DNA of 64,000 bases from assembly GCA_040954595.2 (NCBI GenBank), contig CM082578.2, positions 2,276,831-2,340,830 on the forward strand, written 5' to 3'. The translations under genes and the position numbers were made by a program. The DNA is from Balanoglossus misakiensis. Taxonomy: Eukaryota > Animalia > Hemichordata. Under the pieces are notes generated by a model that ran no database searches, was not told the origin of the DNA, and worked only from the letters and a program-made list of their open reading frames with translations. Of this stretch, positions 41,801 through 53,789 are shown piece by piece; the first letter of the stretch is position 1, and each line of letters begins with the position of its first letter.

Positions 41801-42130
41801 AGTAGTATAGGTTGGAGCCGTAGCACTCTCATTCCTGGAGGAGGAGCTGAGGAGGAGCTGAGGAGGAGCTGAGGAGGAGGAGGAGGCGGAGGAGCTGAGG
41901 AGGAGCTGAGGAGGAGGAGGAGGAGGAGGAGGAGGAAGAGGAGGAGGAGCTGAGGAGGAGCTGAGGAGGAAGAGGAGGAGGAGGAGCTGAGGAGGAGGCG
42001 GAGCTGAGGAGCTGAGGATGAGGAGGAGGAGGAGGAGGAGGAGGAGGAGGAGGAGCTGAGAGGCGGAGGTGTATCACCCCCTAAGGTAAGGAACCCTAAA
42101 TGTTGGGAGGAGGCGGAGGCGATGAGTGGT
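41801..42130 (+). repeat. Left terminal inverted repeat with (GAG/GCTGAG)n tract
   Basis: Inverted match to 55236-55613, including AGGTGTATCACCCCCTAAGGTAAGGAACCCTAAATGTTGGGAGG and GGCGATGAGTGGT. Confidence 0.92.
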
Positions 42131-42755
42131 CACGTCTGTTATTATCGCGTGCGGGCGACATACTGATTGGAGTAGAGAAAACACAACCAACGCACGGTAG
42201 TTCTCATAGATTAACGCGATAACTTGTAATATCGAACGAGACTATGATGGCGTCCATTTTGGATTCCTTCGGACAGGTCCGGCATTTTGCCGTATTTTTC
42301 CAAATATGGAAGCATAGTCAAGCACGAAGATAATCGTTTCGACATCGTAAACTCTCGGACGTTTCAGGGGTCAAAGGTTCAGTCGCTCGACGTCAATGTT
42401 GTATGAAATATTTCACGCGAAGTCAACGTAACCCTTTGCCAAAACCATGACCATTACCCGGAAGTGACACTATTTTTTAGATCGACGGTATGTATTTTAA
42501 GCCACGTTTTATCATTAAAAAGATTTTTTATGATATGCAACGTAATTTTACTGTGAAGTGTGATTCATTGTGTGAAAGTTCAAGCAGTGTTTGCACCAGG
42601 CCGCAGTCAGACTTTCTCGGCCGCGGTCGCTCCATGGTAACGATCGATTGTTTACGTATTACGTAAAAAGAGCGCCCTTTTCAATTCTGCCGACAGCTGA
42701 TGGTAGCCGGCATTTGTTTACATTTCCGATAATTCCGAATAGTTCATCTTTAATT

Positions 42756-45700
42756 ATGGCTCAAACGTTTGATTTTCATCAACTTGTCCTCAATAGTAGT
42801 TGTCGCATTTGTGGAGATAAAATTCGCTCGTCTGGAGGATCGTCTCGCATTTATAAATGTGCAGATTTTCAGGAGGATTTACGTATTTATTTTGGAATCG
42901 ATTGTCCGGAAAGCAGTGCCACTTACCCAGCTAATTTCTGCCACAAATGCAAAAAGACACTTGGACGTTTGAAATCAGCAACTCTGTCTGGAAAATCTTG
43001 CAGCCATAAAATAGTAATTGCAGAATGGTGCAAACACTCAAGAACTGGTGAATGCCATGTGTGTATCAGGTACAGTAAGAAGGGGGGGGGGGGGAAACCT
43101 AGTAAGCAAAGGTCCCAGTGTACACCTTGTTCCAGTGCTTCTGAAAATGATATATTTAATTCTAAACAAGCAAGCACCAGTGTAGACAGAAATTTAGTGG
43201 AAAGTTTAGAACAGGAAATTACAATGAAAGCTTGTAAATCATTAAAGACACAAATTCCTTTATGTGTGGAAAGATTTAATTCAATAACAGCAAATTTAGA
43301 ATGCCTAATATGCAAAGAGGTTTTTGATGAACCCATACAGCTAATGTGTGAGGGTCATCATATCTATTGTGCTCCATGCATAAAACACTGGGTGAATAGC
43401 TCGCCAACATGCCCAATATGCAGGAAAGACATCACACCCACAAGTATATTGCCTATTCCTGTGCACTTGATGAATTTGATTAGTGACCTAAAGCTATCCT
43501 GTGACTATGCGTGGAAAGGGTGTACAGCTATTGTTAAACTTAGTGAATTGAAAGATCATGTTAAGAATTGTCAGGTTAAGTGAATTGTGAATTGAAAGAT
43601 CATGTTAAGAATTGTCAGGTTAAGTGAATTGTGAATTGAAAGATCATGTTAAGAATTGTCAGGTTAAGTCCACGCCTGTACCAATCTTTGTTGAGCATGA
43701 TTATGCCCTCTTGCCACAACCATCACCAATAGAACCAGTAGAAACTCCACCACAGATCAAGACTGCTCCAATTGTAAGGAGAGAACAATCTCATCATGAC
43801 GTTCATAAGGCTGTCCAAATATTGCTTGACACTCCAAACATTGAACAGACCCCTGGATTTGAAGACCTGACAACTAAGTGTGTAAAGCGAAAGCTTGATC
43901 TAACAGATGATAGTAGGAAAGGAGCACCTGTACGATTCAAAACAAAAGGAGGGGTAAGTGTGTTTTCATGTATCAATTGGCAGTATCATTTCATAAATCT
44001 ACATTGATTTTAACACTACAGTTATCTACATTGTGAAATCAGTTTGCATTTGCATCATGTGTCTTTCATATTATAAATATGAATTGTTACATACTAGTAA
44101 ATACTTTTTTTTTTCTTTCTACATTTACATTGCTACAACCAGCCATTCCATATGACATATACACCTCACCCTAAGACAAAGAGTAGTACTGCATCTTCAA
44201 CAACAAAAAGAAGCAGAGCTCAACACATCGAGTCTCAAAGGAGGGTTTTGAGTGGGGAGGATGATCTCTCCAACAAAACACAACTACAGACTGAATGGAG
44301 GAGAGCAAACAATGTTCTCAAGACCACACCACAAATCCCTCCTGGTGCAGGACTCGCAGTCAAAGCAGACCTCTCAATCCCATGGAACAAGTTGAGAAAA
44401 TTGCGGAGGTATGTTTTGAATTTAGGTACATTGACATTAACCATGAAATATAAAAGGCAAAATTTATTTTACTGATTTACTGATTCATGAGTACAACATA
44501 ACCAAAAGTTGTCATGATGATATCACTCTCATGTGTATTTTCTTCATGTTTACATTTGCCATTGCATTATGTACTTGTTGTATTCATAGGTGGTTGAAAA
44601 AATGGAAAATAAATTTTCCTGGAGAGAATAGGGATAGGGAAGAAGCAAAGAGTCTTCTTGGAGAAATTGAAGTGTCAGCCAAGAACCTACTCCTTCAGTT
44701 CCATGTGAAAAATCCAGTGACTGGAAAACTTGGCACTGAATGTAGACTGGCACCAAGCATTAGCACCAACTTGGAGAGTATTTGTTTCAGATACCTTCAG
44801 GAACTAGATAGGTAATTTGTAATATAATTCACTAAGAGATCAATTGAAAACAATGATAAAACACATACATACATACATACATACATACATACATACATAC
44901 ATACATACACACATACACACACACACACACACACATACATAGAACAAGTTGTGTACTGTCACATACAGTGACTTATATGTATGATAGTAATATAAAATTA
45001 TACTACCAGTAACACCGTAGTACATAATAAGTAATATGCCTAAGTTTCATGCCTTGCAGTCAGATACATGTATAAGTAATCCAGGTTACTGGAAGATAAA
45101 TTCGTGTTTGAAGAATTAAATTGTCTAATTTCAGAATAGCTCAATGTTGTGGAAGCATATTTAATAAATGTCCAATCTCTCAAAGTGATTGAACAGTTGA
45201 TGCATACAATTTAATATCTTCACCTCTGATTAAAAATTCTTTCAATTCAGGTCTGACAAATTGACGTGGCATGGAGCAGTAATACCAGAAGAAGAGATTT
45301 GGATTAAAGTCGGTGGTGATAAAGGAGGCGATCTAATGAAGACGTGTTTGGAGGTGTGCAATGTTGAACACCCAAATTCCATCAAGAGCACAATAATCCT
45401 AAACATGTATCGCGGCACTGATACCTACTACAACCTCCAAACAGCAACTGAACATCTAATGTCTGAAGTAAACCATCTTGATTATTCTAAATGGAGGTAT
45501 GCTTTATCAAAATTTCAAGTCATACTGTATTTAATCAAACAGTTTGATCTGACCCTTGCTTGTATGGGCAATACATAACAGGTTTAGATAGTCCCCCTCA
45601 TATATTCATCCATTGGTGATGTAGCCTGAAATTGCAGATACCATAAATATATCATAGAACACATCTTAACATGTTAATACTAAAATAGTTTACACATTTT

Positions 45701-48700
45701 ACCTGTAAGCTAGTGACTCATACATCACCAATTTACCTACCTGTCTCATACCTGTCTTCTGTAATCATCAACTGTTTGGCCCATTCATTCCCTCTTTTAC
45801 ATGCACCTATTCTATACACATTTTAAAATTGAGTTTCAATCATTTATTAAGCACATACTGACTTACATTTTTTTGTCTATTGTTTATGCAGAGATTTCAG
45901 AATCAAGGTGCATGTAATGGGTGATTATGAATATCTAACCAAATTGTATGGACTGAGTGGACCAAATGGTAAGTGCTTGATAATTGTAAGATGTACATTG
46001 TAAAAATGTTGTCACATGTACATGCACACAGTCAGTCATCATTATTCTGGTTAACTGTCTTTGATGGTGTTGTGAACCTGTTTGTTATTCTGTTAAGGTG
46101 CATACTATTTCATGAGTAAGTTAGTTATGATCAGATTCATCTATTTTTTTTTTTTTATCCAAGGAAAACACTTTTGTTTGTGGTGCCTGACAACAAAGGA
46201 CATATGTTCCATGGTACCTGAAGACAGACCTCAAGTCCAGGCTAGGACCTTGGAATCAATCATCTCTGACCATAATAAATATGAAAAAGATGGTGGTGGA
46301 GTGTTGAAGAAAGCAAAACTGTACAACAACTGTGTCCGCACTCTACTCATAAGTATCCCAATAGAAAGAGTGAGTACATACTGCCAATTTTAAAGCAATG
46401 TGCTATAATCAACCTTATTATATCACACAGTCTAACCAACCCACATGAAATGCAACTATATATATGATGTAGGGGGGTCTGTTGACTTCTTCTCCAGTGC
46501 AATGTGTATTCTCTCCAATATTATAGCATTCATTCTTCCTAGTCTTTTGTTTAATGGAAAGAAAAGACAGAAGTGACTTTTATCCATTTATGACAGTTAC
46601 TTGCATTATTGGATGTTTGTCTATTTTACAGGTAGCAGTGCCAGGGCTGCACATCAGTCTCGGCGTATATCTTATGTTCTTTAAGATGCTTGAGTCTGAG
46701 TGTATAGAACTTGACAAGAAAATATACAAGAAACTAAGCACAACAGGGGAGGTGGATGAACCTGTCATTCAACCTGCAAACTTTAACACATACATTGAAA
46801 CTATAGAAAAGGTATAGTCAGTTTATATATTAGTACATTGTATATTTACACATTTTACACAAACCTACATACGGATTACACATGTTATCAAACATTATAA
46901 AACTTGTGTGAAATTACATTCCATCACAATGTTACTATGGATTTTTTTTCTAAAAATCACTTTTGTATCTTGTCTGAGAGATACTGTTTCATATAATTGT
47001 CAAAAATCTGTTTGTCATTGACCATTGTGTCTAATGTAGCATAGATTTTTAATGTTTATCAACAGAAAAAGTATTAAATAAGTAGTAACATATTTTCATT
47101 ACTTCACATAATGTAGGTTCTCAAACTGACATCTGAGTCTGAGGATCTAAGGGAACAAGCAGAATGTATTGAAACTGAACTTATCGCCTTTGGGTACCTC
47201 GATGAGGATGACAAAGACGATGTACCCTTGGGTGAAGTTCATCGACTGAAAGAGGAAAGAGTCGAGTTACTGTGTAGTGCTGAGGAGAAGGTAATAATCT
47301 TTTGGGTAATACTGAACATACAATGATTAGGTGACCAGCATTCTGCAACCCTACAATTACACAAACGCTATAAGCCAGTGATCAAGATAGTGAACTGTTG
47401 TATAGCTTTTATGAAGTGTTCAGTTTTCAAAATTGATGAGGAACAAAACAAATTATAACTAGGTTGCATGAAGTTCATGTTTTATTAGGATTCTGTGATT
47501 CACATTGATAAAATATTCAGCTATTTCAGTTTCAACATAAGTTACAAATAGTAATACCTTGTTTAGTGATATTTCCTATCTAAAGATGTAGTGACTGCAA
47601 CTTTTTAACCATGATCTCATTGATATTTCTAGGAAATTGAAGCCAGGGATTTAGACAGTTTGTTACCTACTGAAGTAGGTTATTGTTTTAGAGCACTAGA
47701 TAGGACATTGGCCAGTATAAAAGTACACAGGCAGGCATACCATGGGCGTTCATTTGTTGGTAATCATGTAGATAGGTGTTGTAAGGTTTGTCAGCATCAA
47801 ATTATCCTGCATGCATGCTTTTCACTTCATAGTCAGTGTATACGTGTCTGAGGTTTTCAAGAAACTTCCCTTCTGTCGAAATACATTAGTACTGATGTAC
47901 TGATGTAACCACCATTAACTGCTCTCTCTAATTGAGAATTTGGTTAATTTTATGTGATCAAGGATCAAAATATTATTAAAGGGTGATCTTTTTATGACAT
48001 TTCAGTGCTTGCAGATTGTAAACAGGTTATTAACTGGCTAGGATTTTGTCATTAAATTTGCTGTTTTGTGAATGCTATAAATGCATAGTTGCATTCTTCA
48101 TGCCAAATAATAAGTATTATTTCATGTCTTTTCTCTTTGTTTAGCCCCAGCATGTTGAGAAGATTTGCTTAACTCCAGTAACTGTGGTAACAGATGTTTG
48201 CCCAGAGCTTTTAGAGGACGCCGAGTATATATATGACAAGTACCAACCACTCTTCATGTTCTTTGCCAACTGTCACAATATATATAACCTGTGTAGGCCA
48301 TTAACTGGTGATGAAATAGAATCCTTGAGTAAGTATAAAATAACTAGACTATTCTGTTACCCTAGTGTTTGAATTATCTTGTTGATTGAAAATAGTGTAA
48401 AATACTATAATTATATTCTTTACACATACAGTCAAACCTGTCTATAGTGACCAGTCAAGGGACTTTACCAAACTGGCCTTTATAGACAGGTGGTCTTTAT
48501 AGACAGGTTAATTTATACACATGTAAATTGTACAGGGACTGTAACTAAGTGGCCACTATATAGAGGTGGTCACTATATAGAGGTGGTCACTAACACAGGT
48601 TTGACTGTATGTGGATTATACGTCATACATGAATTAGATACTACTTTCAAACAGCATGTCCTCACTCTCATTTTATTGCATATACTTACATACATGTAAT

Positions 48701-49001
48701 TCGTTCATACACAATATTCTTTTTTTTTTTTTTTTTTTCATTTACAGGTACTAACATAAGAGGGTTGTTTATATATCTCAGAGTTCATTTTCCCCAAGTA
48801 CCCATAACACCCAAGCTTCACATGCTCGAGGAACATGTTCTGCCTCAGATACAGAAATATGGAGTTGGCCTTGGGTTTTTAGGGGAGAACGGTGTTGAGG
48901 CAATTCATCATAAAATGAATGAATCACTCAGAAACTATGCAAATATGAGTGGAAATATGTCTTTAATAAAATACAACAAGTCAAATAACAAACAATCTTA
49001 A
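42756..49001 (+). CDS. RAG1-like / Chapaev-type DDE transposase, 11 exons, ~1020 aa; exon 1 disrupted by an 88-bp tandem expansion (possible pseudogene)
   Basis: Exons 42756-43953, 44143-44408, 44590-44811, 45251-45496, 45892-45968, 46164-46369, 46632-46811, 47117-47290, 47633-47785, 48145-48328, 48748-49001; all GT-AG and phase-consistent. Chapa/CND motif H-x7-CRICG...FCHKC...WCKH...CHVC, RING finger and following Zn finger. Core motifs KVGGDKGG, MGDYEYL..LYGLSGPNGKHFCLWC, PGLHISLG, QAYHGRSFVGNH, ITPKLHMLEEH, LGENGVEAIH. Confidence 0.85.
43543..43669 (+). repeat. 44-bp tandem triplication inside transposase exon 1
   Basis: gtgaattgaaagatcatgttaagaattgtcaggttaagtgaatt x ~2.9. Introduces TGA at 43581-43583. 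Confidence 0.92.
44861..44941. repeat. (CATA)n/(CA)n microsatellite in intron 3
   Basis: Directly visible. Confidence 0.9.
48429..48607. mobile_element. Tc1/mariner-pogo-type MITE in intron 10
   Basis: TIR CAGTCAAACCTGT...ACAGGTTTGACTG flanked by TA on both sides. Internal repeats of the TAGAGGTGGTCAC type. Confidence 0.85.
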
Positions 49002-49113
49002 CATGAATTACCTCTACATCAAACGAAAAGTGCTAGCCGATGGAGTGTCCACTGTACCGCTGGAATTGTAAGCAGCAAATGTCAAGGTAAGGGATAACAC
49101 TGTAGGCATTTCC

Positions 49114-49115
49114 TT

Positions 49116-49182
<67 letters not shown>

Positions 49183-49184
49183 TT
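49114..49184. repeat. (TTTA)n microsatellite
   Basis: Directly visible. Confidence 0.9.
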
Positions 49185-49757
49185 ACGAGTAATACGTTTT
49201 CTCCTTTTGGTAGAGTTATACAGGAAATAGAGAAGTGTACTCAAATAACAATAAAACAAGGGTCTTGAAAACAGATTGTTTCTGATGATCAGTTTCACAT
49301 GTGTTTGCAGGATGACAACCACGACAGAAAATGTGTGGATTGTATCGATAAAACAACAACAACAACAACAACTTTTATTCACTGGACGACGGTGAAAGAA
49401 GACCTGGTTGAATGTAAAAGGTGATATTGGTGGAAAAGATGGTCCCCAGGTCCATTAATTTGGCCCGAGGGGCAGAAGGGCCTATGAAGAGGTTAAAACG
49501 GATGGAAACAGTACTTCATATGGGCCCGAGGGGCTAAGGGGCCATCATTACAACCCTTTGGGAAACAGTTTTGTTGACTTTCTCATCTTCACACATCATC
49601 ACTATGTATAATACACCCAATACCAAAATGACATGTTGGAGGATGATTTCAAGTTCAACAGCCTAAGCTTTTTTTTTTTTTTTTTTTGTTGTTGTTGTTT
49701 TGTCTTTTTTGTTGTAGTTGTTGTTGTTTGTTTATTTTTTATTATTTTTTTTTTTTT

Positions 49758-49788
<31 letters not shown>

Positions 49789-49809
49789 TTTTTTGTTTAT
49801 TTATTTATT

Positions 49810-49945
49810 TTTGCTCTGCTGTCACTTGTGTCAGCCGAGCTGTAGCAGTAGGTTGATAAGTGTCCTTCCGTCGTCTGTCCATCCGTCCGTCTGTCGTCTG
49901 TCGTCCGTCGTCCGTCAACTTTTGGTATTTCAAACTTCTTCTGAA
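49810..49945 (+). mobile_element. Probable Helentron-associated (HINE/DINE-1/pearl-like) element fragment
   Basis: T-rich flank, short GCTC...GAGC inverted motif, then (CCGT/CTGT/CGT)n tract and caacttttggtatttcaaacttcttc. Pattern resemblance only. Confidence 0.45.
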
Positions 49946-50357
49946 GATTTGCAAATAAATTCCCAAACTCTTTAATTTTGTTTAAAAAATTTGAAATATA
50001 ATAGACATGTATTAAATTGTAATTCACAAAATCAAACGTCAAAGAGCTCTATCGATACTTTAGATAGGTGCCTCAAATTATAAGTTATGACTGTTTATAA
50101 TGTTTATACATTCATCTGAAGAAAACAAAAAGCAGCTAAACCCAACTTTATAATGTTCCTATTCCTTATAAATATTTCTATATCAGTGTGCGGACAGTAT
50201 GTCATATTTACTATATACTAAACCGATGTAGGGATGGCTTATGACAAACATCGTGTAACAGTTTACGGAAGATTTATCATTTAAGGACTTTTTAGTGAAT
50301 GACTTTATTAGGAAATAGACTTATTTTGACTTTGATGTTCACGATGTTGACTTTGTT

Positions 50358-50439
50358 TGTGTGTGTGTGTGTGTGTCTGTGTGTGTGTGTGTGTATGTGT
50401 CTGTGTGTGTGTGTGTGTGCGTGTGTGTCTGTGTGTGTG
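50358..50439. repeat. (TG)n microsatellite
   Basis: Directly visible. Confidence 0.9.
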
Positions 50440-50506
50440 CCCAGTTTCAATAGTTCGGCAAATGATTTTCAATATTGTTCTCGTCTTGTTATTGCTACAC
50501 CTAATA

Positions 50507-50790
50507 CTAGTGTTTAAACCAATAAATCTATAAATTTAACTTGATTCGTCGCTAAATGACATGACTCTTATGCATTCACTCACACACATACAAGCAAAAC
50601 GCCAGATCAGCAACAACAACCATGAACAGTTGTTTTTATTTTCTAAAAACAAACAAACAAACAAATAAACGTATAGCAATTCACAAGATTATAAAACAGA
50701 CAACTGTGGTCAAACTTGAACATTGAATAATGTACAGCATAATCATTGGCAAAGGCACTGCACGGAGCTGTTTGAAAACAGATTCAAATT
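50507..50790. repeat. Direct repeat copy A (3' UTR of ZF gene), paralogous to 53908-54200
   Basis: ctagtgtttaaaccaataaatc...gtttgaaaacagattcaaatt occurs twice. Confidence 0.9.
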
Positions 50791-50795
50791 TGTGT

Positions 50796-53573
50796 TCATG
50801 ATATTCCCATTGGTGTGGTAGATGTATTAATGTTCCCCACTTGGTAGTCGTTTAGAGTATCGGAGGCGTTGCTGCTCAGTGAACTTTGTAAGAACAGTGG
50901 CGCAGTGTTCGCAAGGGTGTTGGCTGGTGTCCTGTTGACCATGGTGTTCGTCAACGTATTGGTCATGGAGTTGATCATACTGGTACTGCTGGTGCTTGTC
51001 AAGGATGACGGTATGGTACTCATCTGCGATACGGTGTTCGACAAACTGTTGGACGTGGTTGACGCCGTGTTGGAGATCTGGTCGCTCGACAGGGTTGAAG
51101 TCAGCAAATCGCTGACCAACTTTTCGTCCGGGTGGGGAGTGCTTAGAAGCTGCTCAATATCCAAGACAGTATCGATTTCGTTCAGAGGCAGATGACTGTT
51201 GTCCAGGAATTGCTCCAGCTGCTGCAAGATGTTGTCGTCTGTCAGCTGCTCTACGGCTGATTGTTGCTGAGTATTGACACTCGGACTTGGTAAGTTGTTG
51301 AGGTTCTGAAATGTAATCAATTACGTAAGAAAGGTGTGAACAGGACTGTTCAAGAGTAGTAATGTTACTTTCCAACATGTACATGTATGAACTACGCAGT
51401 AAACGTTATTCTTCACAGATGCTTTCTTTTGTGAAGAATGTGATAATAAACAGTGCTGGCATAGGGTTTATTTCACGAAGTTTGGTTGATAACACGTCGT
51501 ATTCGAGTGATGTGATTTTAATGACCATGCGACTGTGGTTTGTGTGATCTTACCTGTGTTTGGTTTTGAGTTGGGTTACTTGTGACAGACAGCTTCTTAT
51601 GTATTTTCAAATGACTGGCATGATGTGCTTTTCTTTTAAATACCATGTCACATATTGAGCATTTATATTGGGAATCCAGGCGGTGATGTATTTCCTTTAA
51701 ATGCCGTGCCATGTTGTCCTTTCGGGTGAAGGTAAGGTCACAACAGGGACACTGAAACTGGTCATTTTCATCACCACCGGTACCTGTTTTCTTGTTGTCA
51801 TGCACTCTCTTTTGGTGTCTTGCCAAGTTGTCTTTGCGTGTAAACGTCTTACTACAACTGGCACATGACAGGCGGTTTTCCCCATGGACGGTGTTGATGT
51901 GACGACACAAATCACCTGGTCTGGAAAATGTGCGGGGACAGTGGGGGCACGTTGATCGGCCTTCATCATTCTCCTCACCATAGACATCCGGGCGATTAGT
52001 GGTCTCACGAAGGACCTGTATATAATCTGGTGATGGCTGGTGTTCGGTGACAGCAAGGTGTGTAGACGGAAGTCTGGGAGAGAAAAAAAAATTGCAAGAA
52101 TAAATTTACAAACGACCTTGCAGTCAGATAGACAACCATACATGTTAGAACGAGTACCCCGCCTAAGGTGAATAGAAACACAATCTATTTAAACCTACCT
52201 GATTTGCTTCGGAGAGGACGATGCATCCTCTTGTGTACCCGATGTGTTATTGTTTGGTGTGGTGTCGATTCTACGAGGATGAAAAATATATTACAACGTG
52301 AATAGACGATTGATTAGGTCTTTACATCCTGAAAAAAAAAAAAAAGTCATCACCAGCGACCGACCGACGGTGTGTGTGTGTTTTCATCAAATACACAGGA
52401 TACCCCCGATTACGATAAAATCGAACAAAAACTTACTGTGGTAAACTCTCGCCGGACGTGCGAGCACTGGGTTCTTCATGCTGCGCGCCTAAATCACTTT
52501 CCTCGTTGAGCGATAACACCTGTTGAAATAGCACATCATTCTGTCATTAGCTCTAACTGCTGGCGTGGAGGTATTGCTAATGGTATAACAATGCCTGAAC
52601 ACGCGTGTGCTGTATTAGTGGCGTGTGACTGGGGCGGGGAGAACAGCTACCCCAGCGATTACAATGCAACAATGTAGCAATTTGCTTGCAAGCCCCTAGA
52701 CCGCCAGGTCACATAATCACCGTAACATTTCGCGGGCGTCACTGCTCATCTTCTACGATCGCAACAGGACAATTTTTGAGATTAATTTTTCAATGAAAAT
52801 GTATTTCATCAAACTTGTTGTGATAAAGGGAGTTGAATTTATGTAAAATCGATGAGTGAAAATGATAGGAAATCGTACACTGCAATTCGCGGCGACGAAT
52901 GCACAGCCAGTTGGGTACACATAGAATACACTCACACTCACAGTGAGTGTGAGCCCACTGCGTTCGTTGCGATAAAAATAAAATAAAATAAAACTTCGCA
53001 CGCTGGTTAAAACTCAGTGTAGATAGCATACACTTCCTTGTTTGGCTTATCCTCGTTACCACACTATTCGCCAGTACAATCATGGGGAGAGGGCGTGTGA
53101 CGCTGATAGTCACGCTGCGCAAAATTAGTACATAGGCCTACATGTACAGTGGGATGTACGTGCTACGCGCAGACGATAAGCTCATATATATTCAATGCGC
53201 GCCCATTTTAACGGAGAGAAAATATAGCTTACGAATTACATGAAATATACTGACATAACATCCACAGGGCAGTCCATTTCTTGGAGTACAATATTGTTCA
53301 AAAATGATGTGTTGACTCTTATGTAATGATAATAAGAGAGGACCATAAAAAAATATATATATATGTATATATATAGTACAGATAGTATGTGTTACCCACG
53401 GGCGAAAAAAAGCTTTGGGTGGGATAATTATAATGTGTCATTAAAAATTACTGGGCATTGATCTAAATAATTTACAATGTGTTACTTACCTGGTTATCTT
53501 CTTGGTCTTGTCTTCCATGTTGTCGTTCTAAATTAATTATTGTTTCCCACTGCTCACTCGCGGAAAAGTCCAT
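50796..53573 (-). CDS. C2H2 zinc-finger protein (4 fingers, S/T-rich C-terminus), 5 exons, ~422 aa
   Basis: Exons 53573-53490, 52519-52437, 52270-52199, 52073-51554, 51305-50796; GT-AG and in phase. Fingers CPHC..RHINTVH, CASC..RHQKRVH, CPCC..RHLKEIH, CSIC..SHLKIH. The 5' exons are less certain. Confidence 0.75.
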
Positions 53574-53789
53574 AGTTCCGAACGCAGACGGTATGGATTG
53601 TACGTTGTGGACGAATGAAACGCTACTTCGGTCGGTAGAGGGCGCATTTCAGGATGTAGTAGGTGTATCACCCCCTTAGATTAGTAACACTATAGTACTC
53701 TCCATTTACTTGGATATATTTATCAAAACTACTCAGAAATCACATACAATATCATAATAATAATTAAAATGATAAATTATAACATAACA

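Noticed and set aside
41829-42077. Pro/Ser/Leu-rich ORFs here and at 55360-55652
   Set aside because: They are translations of the (GAG)n TIR tracts.
49002-49660. Possible additional exon or gene remnants downstream of the transposase
   Set aside because: Only short frames without recognisable motifs. I could not build a consistent model.
52931-52980. RSS-like heptamer CACAGTG within a perfect 10-bp hairpin
   Set aside because: No ACAAAAACC-like nonamer at 12- or 23-bp spacing. It lies in an intron of the ZF gene.
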